The notes below the pieces were generated by a model that made no database searches, was not told the origin of the DNA, and worked only from the letters and a program-made list of their open reading frames with translations. Shown here piece by piece: positions 57,925 through 64,000 of a stretch of 64,000 bases of DNA; positions within the stretch are counted from its first letter, which is position 1; each line of letters begins with the position of its first letter. The position numbers were made by a program, and so were the translations under genes. The stretch is from an uncultured Chloroflexia bacterium (GTDB lineage: Bacteria > Chloroflexota > Anaerolineae > Anaerolineales > UBA11858). Location: positions 618,795 through 682,794 of the forward strand of contig CAVQGY010000002.1 of assembly GCA_963712165.1 (NCBI GenBank), written 5' to 3'.

Positions 57925-57942
57925 CCCAAAATCATAATCCCG

Positions 57943-57968
57943 GGAACTTTTCCTCCTCCTGCCTCGTC
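57943..57968 (+). promoter_or_regulatory. putative ECF-sigma promoter GGAACT-N16-CGTC
   Basis: Sits directly upstream of the VIT-vWA gene. Confidence 0.5.
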
Positions 57969-58006
57969 ATCTAGTAACAGAGTTATATCTGTTCTGGAGG
58001 TGAGTT

Positions 58007-60386
58007 ATGGAAACCAAATTTCGACCTCATTATAAATGGCTTCTCTGCCTGGCCCTGGTCATGGGGGCTGTTTTTGGCTTTACGGGCACTGCCCGGGCAG
58101 ACGGGATCATCATCCCTGATCCTCCCCCATTTCCCGAACCTGTGCTCTTTGAAGAGAGCTGGTTGAGCATCCGCTACCATCGAGTGACTGTGTCGATCGA
58201 GAATCAGATCGCCGTCACCCGGGTGGAGCAGGAGTTTGTGAACGATCTTGACTGGGAAGTTGAAGGGACCTATATCTTTCCCATACCCACGGGAGCAACC
58301 ATATCAAAATTCGTGATGTGGGTGGATGGTGTGCCCCTGGAATCCCGGATCCTGCCGGCAGAGGAAGCCCGCCAGATCTATGAAGCGATCGTGCGTGAGC
58401 GGCGGGATCCTGCCCTGCTGGAATATATCGGCAGGGATGCGGTCCAGGCTCGGGTCTATCCCATTCCGCCTGGCGGAAGCCGGGTGATCGAGCTGGAATA
58501 CAGCCAGGCTTTGGAAATGGATCAGGGACTGGTCAAGTATCTCTACCCGCTGAACACGGAAAAATTTTCCGCCCAGCCCTTGGAGGAATGTGCAGTCCGG
58601 GTGGAGCTGGTTTCACCCTCAGCCGCTGCGGAGCGTATATTCTCCTACCCATCAGGACCGATTGTCGATCGTAAGAGAAGGGGATTACCGGGCTGTAATG
58701 GGGTATGAGGAATATGACCTATTGCCTGATCAGGATTTTGAGCTCATTTACTCTGTCAGTGAGGAAGATGTAGGACTCAATCTGCTGCTTTATCCAGATG
58801 CTGAGCGAAATGGTTCCTATGAGCGGGGTGGATATTTCCTGCTGATGGCTGCGCCATCTGTGAAAACAGATCAGATCGTCCCCCGGGATATCATCCTGGT
58901 GCTGGACACCTCTGGTTCCATGGAGGGAGTAAAACTGGACCAGGCCAAAGAAGCTGCCAGTTATGTCCTGGAGCATCTCAACCAGGAAGACCGATTCAAT
59001 GTGATCGCCTTTTCCACCGGGATCAGGCGTTTTTCTGCTGATCTGCAGCCTGTTTCATTGGCCAGCCAGGCAGTCTCCTGGATCAATAAGATGCAGGCGT
59101 TGGGCGGCACCAATATCAACCAGGCGCTTCTGGAAGCATTGGCTTTCAACAGCCAGGCTGATCAAGAGGCGTCCCGGCCGCAGGTGATCCTGTTCTTGAC
59201 TGACGGCCTTCCTACAGAAGGGGTCACGGAGGTGGAGCAGATCCTGGCCAATATTGGAGCTACAGCCCCTGCCAATACCCGCCTTTTCTCCTTTGGTGTA
59301 GGGGACGATGTCAACACTGAACTGTTGGATATCCTGGCGGAAGAGAACCGCGGTTTGGTCAGCTATGTCCGCCTGGATGAGCGGATAGATGAGGAGGTGT
59401 CCTCACTGTACGCAAAGATCCAGACACCCGTATTAACGGATCTCGAGATCGATTTTGGGAATGTCCTGGTGGAAGAGCTTTATCCCCCGGAGATGCCTGA
59501 CCTGTTCGCAGGTTCTCAGCTGCTCATCACCGGCCGCTACCGACTGCCCCTTGGAGTATCCGGCCGAGAGGAGATCGAGCTGACAGGCATGGTTGGTTCA
59601 GTGAGCAAGAGCTACAAGTACAAGGTTGATTTTGACCCGGATGTGCTTTCTCCGGAAGGGCACAGCTTTATTCCCCGCCTGTGGGCAGCCAGGAAGATCG
59701 GTTATTTACTGACCCAGATCAGGCACCAGGGAGAGAACTCAGAGTGGGTCGAAGCAGTGATCCAGCTAAGCCTGCAGTACGGGATCATCACCCCCTATAC
59801 TTCGTTCCTAATTGAAGAAGAGGAGCTCTTCTACAGTGAAGGCAGAGACGAGGCCGCCGAGAATCTTGTAGAAGCATTTAGCGGTCCATCCTCAGGAGCA
59901 GATGCAGTGGGCAAGGCGGATGCCGAATCCAGCCTGCGAGCAGCGGAATCCGTGCCACAGGTTTCAATATCAGGCGATGATATGGCACAAGGAGTCCGGG
60001 AACGGGCAGTTAAACATGTGGGAGAGAAGGCCTTTTTCTTCCAGGATGGAACCTGGATGGACAGCCTTTTTGAACCGGAAAGAATGGACCCGGTCCTGAT
60101 TGAGTTTGGCTCAAGTGCCTACTATGATTTCCTTGATGCCCGACCTGCCTGGGGTAAGTACTTTGCCCTGGGTCAGGAGGTGATCTTTGTAGAGGGGAAG
60201 GATGCTTACCGTATCACGACGGGCCCGGGAGGTGTTGAAGACCTGCCAGATGATTTTGATACTGTAGGAAGTGGGACTGAGGAGGAAGGCCGGCAAGACA
60301 ACGGGTTGTTCTCCAATTGGCGGTCGATCTGCTCCTCTCCCTGGTTAGTTGGCCTGGCCCTGTTGGCATGGGTCTGGCGCCGTTAG
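58007..60386 (+). CDS. VIT + vWA domain protein, frameshift near 58620 (probably one gene)
   Basis: VIT motifs (EG.YIFP, DPALLEY) in 58007-58708; MIDAS DTSGSM, GGTN, LTDG in 58590-60386. Confidence 0.8.
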
Positions 60387-60410
60387 GAGTTAAGGGCCAG
60401 TATAGAATAG

Positions 60411-60442
60411 AAAAGAGCCGGGAGAGAACCCCGGCTCTTTTT
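60411..60442. terminator. bidirectional intrinsic terminator
   Basis: AAAAGAGCCGGG-agagaac-CCCGGCTCTTTT between convergent genes. Confidence 0.85.
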
Positions 60443-60459
60443 GGATCGAGCTGGAGATC

Positions 60460-60726
60460 TTATTCGTCTTGGGATTGAAACCGGGGGGCGAAGCGGTTAT
60501 AGAGCCAGGCAACCAGCAAGCCGAGCAGGAATCCATCCACAAATCCATACCCCAGGGCTACCAGGCTGCCGACTGGGCTGACAGTGAACCCCCGGTACCA
60601 ACGGCCCAGCAGGGTGACCTCATGAGTGATCCCTTCGAAGAGGATCATCCACCAGGTCAGAAAGAACCAGTTTACTCCCCAGACAAGTCCGGTTGCCAGG
60701 GCAAAGGCTTTGATATTGAGTTTCAT
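60460..60726 (-). CDS. small membrane protein (family often labelled holin-like)
   Basis: KLN.KAF.LA.G, Y.G...S..GS..G..GFVDG...G...AWLYN. Confidence 0.75.
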   Translation of the reverse strand: MKLNIKAFALATGLVWGVNWFFLTWWMILFEGITHEVTLLGRWYRGFTVSPVGSLVALGYGFVDGFLLGLLVAWLYNRFAPRFQSQDE

Positions 60727-60849
60727 GGGAACCCTCCTTCCTTGTTTGATGATCTCCTTTTGATTATATATAAAAAATAACCATTTTCAGCTCTAAAAGA
60801 GAGCCATTTTGTCCCTGAGTGGGCGATACCAATAACAATTAAGTAAAAA

Positions 60850-60867
60850 TTGTGTAAACATTCACAA
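60850..60867. promoter_or_regulatory. Rex operator-like palindrome
   Basis: TTGTGTAAACATTCACAA vs consensus TTGTGAANNNNTTCACAA (one mismatch). Confidence 0.65.
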
Positions 60868-60995
60868 AAGTCCTCCAAAAACAGAGTGTAACATGGTAAT
60901 ATAGGGCTTGTTACACGCCAGATTTATGAGTGGATAAGGGGGTCGGGGATGGTTGTGTGGCCTTGTTTACAGGTTTTGCACGGGAGGTTATTGGT

Positions 60996-62231
60996 ATGAA
61001 GACTTTATTGATCCTGGGCGCCGGCACAGGGGGAACGATGGTGGCCAATAAGATGGTCCACGAACTGGACTCCCGGGAATGGAACATTATCCTGGTGGAT
61101 AAGGATGAGACGCACTATTATCAGCCAGGATTATTGTTCATCCCTTTTGGTATCTATTCACCCCTTGATGTTGAAAAACCCAAACGTGACTTCATTCCCA
61201 GGGGAGTGAAGTTGATCCTTTCAGATATCGAGCTTATCGAGCCGGAGATGAACCGCGTGATTTTAGCCAAAGATAATCAGGTGATCTCCTATGATTACCT
61301 GGTGATCGCCACCGGGACTTCTATCCAGCCCGCTGAGACAGAAGGATTGCTTGATGGGGGAGGATGGCGGAATAACATCTTTGATTTTTACACACCCGAC
61401 GGCGCAGCAGATCTGGCTCGATTCCTGAAATTCTGGAAAGGCGGTCGCATGGTGGTAAATGTGGCGGAAATGCCCATTAAATGCCCGGTCGCGCCCCTGG
61501 AATTTCTATTTCTAGCTGACTGGTATTTTCATGAGAAAGGGCTGCGTGACAAGGTCGAGATAGTTTTCGCCACGCCATTGGACAGTGCCTTCACAAAACC
61601 TCGGGCAGCCGCCATTTTGGGAGATATGCTGGAAAGAAAAAACATCTTATTAGAACCTAACTTCAATATCGGCCAGGTCGACAATACAAAACAGGCTATC
61701 AGCTCCTGGGATGGGCGGGACATTTCCTATGACCTGCTGGTAACTATACCGACGAATATGGGCGCTGAAGTGATCAAAAAATCCGGCTTGGGCGATGAGC
61801 TCAATTATGTCCCGATAGACAAACACACCCTGCAGTCCACCACCTATGAGAATATTTGGGTGATCGGAGATGCTGGCAATGCGCCGACATCCAAAGCCGG
61901 CTCAGTGGCCCATTTTATGCTGGATGTGTTAATCGAGAATATGCTGCGGCACATGGAAGGGCTTGCCCCCAGGGCTGCTTTTGATGGTCATGCTAACTGT
62001 TTTATTGAGTCTGGATTTGACCAGGGCATCCTGATCGATTTCAACTACGATGTAGAGCCGCTCCCTGGTAAATATCCTCTGCCAGGACTTGGACCTTTCT
62101 CCTTGCTGAAAGAATCGCCTGCCAATCATTGGGGCAAGATGATGTTCCGCTGGGTGTACTGGAACGTATTGCTCAAAGGCGGGGAAATGCCCTTTGAATC
62201 GCAGATGACCATGGCTGGAAAGTGGAGCTAA
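60996..62231 (+). CDS. sqr: sulfide:quinone oxidoreductase-like flavoprotein
   Basis: ILGAGTGG, HYYQPG, KCPVAPLEF, GDA...PTSKAGS, C.IESG. Confidence 0.85.
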   Translation: MKTLLILGAGTGGTMVANKMVHELDSREWNIILVDKDETHYYQPGLLFIPFGIYSPLDVEKPKRDFIPRGVKLILSDIELIEPEMNRVILAKDNQVISYDYLVIATGTSIQPAETEGLLDGGGWRNNIFDFYTPDGAADLARFLKFWKGGRMVVNVAEMPIKCPVAPLEFLFLADWYFHEKGLRDKVEIVFATPLDSAFTKPRAAAILGDMLERKNILLEPNFNIGQVDNTKQAISSWDGRDISYDLLVTIPTNMGAEVIKKSGLGDELNYVPIDKHTLQSTTYENIWVIGDAGNAPTSKAGSVAHFMLDVLIENMLRHMEGLAPRAAFDGHANCFIESGFDQGILIDFNYDVEPLPGKYPLPGLGPFSLLKESPANHWGKMMFRWVYWNVLLKGGEMPFESQMTMAGKWS

Positions 62232-62234
62232 GAG

Positions 62235-62828
62235 ATGGCAATCGAAAAAGAAATCACTGCTCTCCATCATAAAGTCGATACCCTGACCGAACAGATGGCG
62301 TTCCTGACCGAACAGGCGGAATCCCAGATGCGCCGGGCTCAGGAGTTTGAAGAATTGAAGGCTGATTTGATTCCTATTGGGAACCAATTGGTCAACTTAA
62401 CCATCCGGGAATTGGAGGAGGTGGGCGCTGAATTCGAGCTGGAAGATCTGCTCTACCTGCTCAAGCGTGTCCTTCGCAATACCAACTTGATCTTGGCCAT
62501 GATGGACCGCTTCGAAGCCCTGATGGGCATCGCCGATGAAGTTGAACTGCTTGGCAAGCAGGTCTTCTCGACGGTGGTAGAGGAACTGGACCGGTTGGAA
62601 AGTAATGGGACATTCATCCAGGGTGGAGCAATGCTGCGATCCCTGAGTGACGGGGAGACCCTTGGCGATTTGAACCGAGCTCTGCAAGCATTTGTCACTG
62701 AACCGGAGGGAGGCTCGCCATCCATCTTTTCCATCCTGAAGGAAATCAACCGGCCAGAAGCCAGGCGGGGTTTAGGCCGCCTGCTTAATGTGCTCAACGC
62801 CCTGGGTACCTCCCGGGGAGAAATATAA
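62235..62828 (+). CDS. DUF1641 domain protein
   Basis: C-terminal S.F.ILK....PE.RRGLG..L..L..LG. Confidence 0.8.
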   Translation: MAIEKEITALHHKVDTLTEQMAFLTEQAESQMRRAQEFEELKADLIPIGNQLVNLTIRELEEVGAEFELEDLLYLLKRVLRNTNLILAMMDRFEALMGIADEVELLGKQVFSTVVEELDRLESNGTFIQGGAMLRSLSDGETLGDLNRALQAFVTEPEGGSPSIFSILKEINRPEARRGLGRLLNVLNALGTSRGEI

Positions 62829-62857
62829 ATAATAGTGTCGATAAAAGGAGAATAGTA

Positions 62858-63166
62858 ATGACTCTGGATATTTTGGATAGCGTAGCTTTTGATGACGACG
62901 GCTTTATGGTAGACGCTTCTGACTGGACAATGGAAATTGGCCAGGCTATTGCCGAAGCCTTAGAGGTAGCCCTGACCGACCGCCACTGGCAGGTGATCAA
63001 TTTTGCTCGTAGCGATTTCGAAAATAATGGGGAACCACCTACATTGCGCCGCATCACACAGCAAACCGAGATCAGCATGAAGGAAATGTATCAGTTATTC
63101 CCGGACGGCCCGGCGAAAATTGCTGCCAATATTGCTGGACTAAAGAAACCGACTGGCTGCATCTAA
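62858..63166 (+). CDS. TusE/DsrC family sulfur relay protein
   Basis: DGF..D...W, LT..HW.VI...R, LFP.GP, AGL.KP.GCI C-terminal Cys. Confidence 0.9.
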   Translation: MTLDILDSVAFDDDGFMVDASDWTMEIGQAIAEALEVALTDRHWQVINFARSDFENNGEPPTLRRITQQTEISMKEMYQLFPDGPAKIAANIAGLKKPTGCI

Positions 63167-63187
63167 TACTAAAAATAGGAGATCAAA

Positions 63188-63700
63188 ATGGCTAAACCTT
63201 CTCGAGCTCTACATCAAAGTTCTGGGACCAATGGGAAACGCAAACTGGCCCTGGTGGCATCCAAGGGGTCCCTGGATATGGCTTATCCGCCCCTGATCCT
63301 TGCCAATGCTGCCAGGATGAGCGGGATTGATGTGGAAATGTTTTTCACTTTCTGGGGTCTGGATATCATCACTAAAAAGAAAATGGGCAAACTGAATGTC
63401 GCTACGGTTGGTAATCCCAATATGCATCCCTGGTTTGGGATCCCCACTTTGCTGGGTGCCCTGCCAGGCATGTCCGCAGCAGCTTCCTGGATGATGCGGG
63501 GCGAGATCAAGAAGCTTGGTTTTCCCCGTGTCCCTGAATTCATCGAACTGGTGATCGATGCTGGTGCCAAGGTGTATGGCTGCCAAATGTCCATGGATAT
63601 GATGAAATTGACGGTGGATGACCTTGTAGAAGGCGCAACCGTGCTGGGAGCCATGGAGTTTATGGAGCTCACCGATGGGGCCCAGATCGTCTTCGTCTAG
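63188..63700 (+). CDS. DsrE/DsrF/DrsH-like (DsrE2) protein
   Basis: KG.LDMAYP.LILA, FFTFWGL, CQMSMDMM. Confidence 0.88.
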   Translation: MAKPSRALHQSSGTNGKRKLALVASKGSLDMAYPPLILANAARMSGIDVEMFFTFWGLDIITKKKMGKLNVATVGNPNMHPWFGIPTLLGALPGMSAAASWMMRGEIKKLGFPRVPEFIELVIDAGAKVYGCQMSMDMMKLTVDDLVEGATVLGAMEFMELTDGAQIVFV

Positions 63701-63720
63701 GAAATACTGGATTACAACAC

Positions 63721-63752
63721 AAAGCCCTGAACGTTGGTGTTCAGGGCTTTTT
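63721..63752. terminator. intrinsic terminator
   Basis: AAAGCCCTGAAC-gttggt-GTTCAGGGCTTTTTT. Confidence 0.88.
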
Positions 63753-63776
63753 TGTTTCTAGGAATCAGACGTAAGT

Positions 63777-64000
63777 CTATTTCTTATCCTCTTCTACAAC
63801 CTGTTCGGTCTTGCCTGAGGCCAGATGGTATCTCGCAGGACTCTCCCCGGCTCTGAAACCGCAGATCATGATCAGGGCATTTGTGACCGTTTGTCCAGGA
63901 TTATGCCATTTGTGTTCTAGATCGGCAGAGAAAAGCAGGGCGTCCCCGGCTTCCAGCGTATAGGTTTCATCGCCTACCTGATATACCAGTTCACCCCGGA
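63777..64000 (-). CDS. cupin domain protein (probably XRE-cupin regulator), 5' end outside window
   Basis: GELVYQVGDETYTLEAGDALLFSADLEHKWHNP. Confidence 0.7.
   Translation of the reverse strand, partial: RGELVYQVGDETYTLEAGDALLFSADLEHKWHNPGQTVTNALIMICGFRAGESPARYHLASGKTEQVVEEDKK

Noticed and set aside
58590-58708. Programmed frameshift in the VIT-vWA gene
   Set aside because: No slippery site evident, and other indels (NUDIX, 44.6 kb, 48.5 kb) suggest sequencing or consensus error
60460-60726. Prophage implied by the holin-like membrane protein
   Set aside because: No other phage genes nearby; housekeeping context

Overview
About 50 kb of this window is a large sedentary chromosomal integron. 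An integron integrase (intI, 50237-51226, +) points away from an array of roughly 50 minus-strand gene cassettes (~3.1-50.0 kb), separated by ~51 recognisable attC sites (+ strand consensus CTAAC-GGATGAGCTCACC-YGCAGC...GCTGTC-RGGTGGAGC-GGGG-GTTAG). The array holds five toxin-antitoxin cassettes, a proximal block of immunity-like and defence-like genes, and many small enzymes and membrane proteins. The attC sites nearest intI are clean. Older, distal attC sites are invaded at the L boxes and the loop by 20-25 nt hairpin micro-elements (core CCTGAG-n-CGAAGG) that nest inside one another, and the same nested inserts recur beside unrelated genes. To the right of intI is GC-richer housekeeping DNA, probably Chloroflexota/Anaerolineae (inferred from gene content): NUDIX, glmS, gatC/gatA, HAD, methyltransferases, VIT-vWA, and an sqr-DUF1641-tusE/dsrC-dsrE sulfur operon preceded by a Rex-like operator. 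Several frameshifts and one chimeric segment may be assembly errors. All product calls come from motif recognition by eye; no database searches were run.
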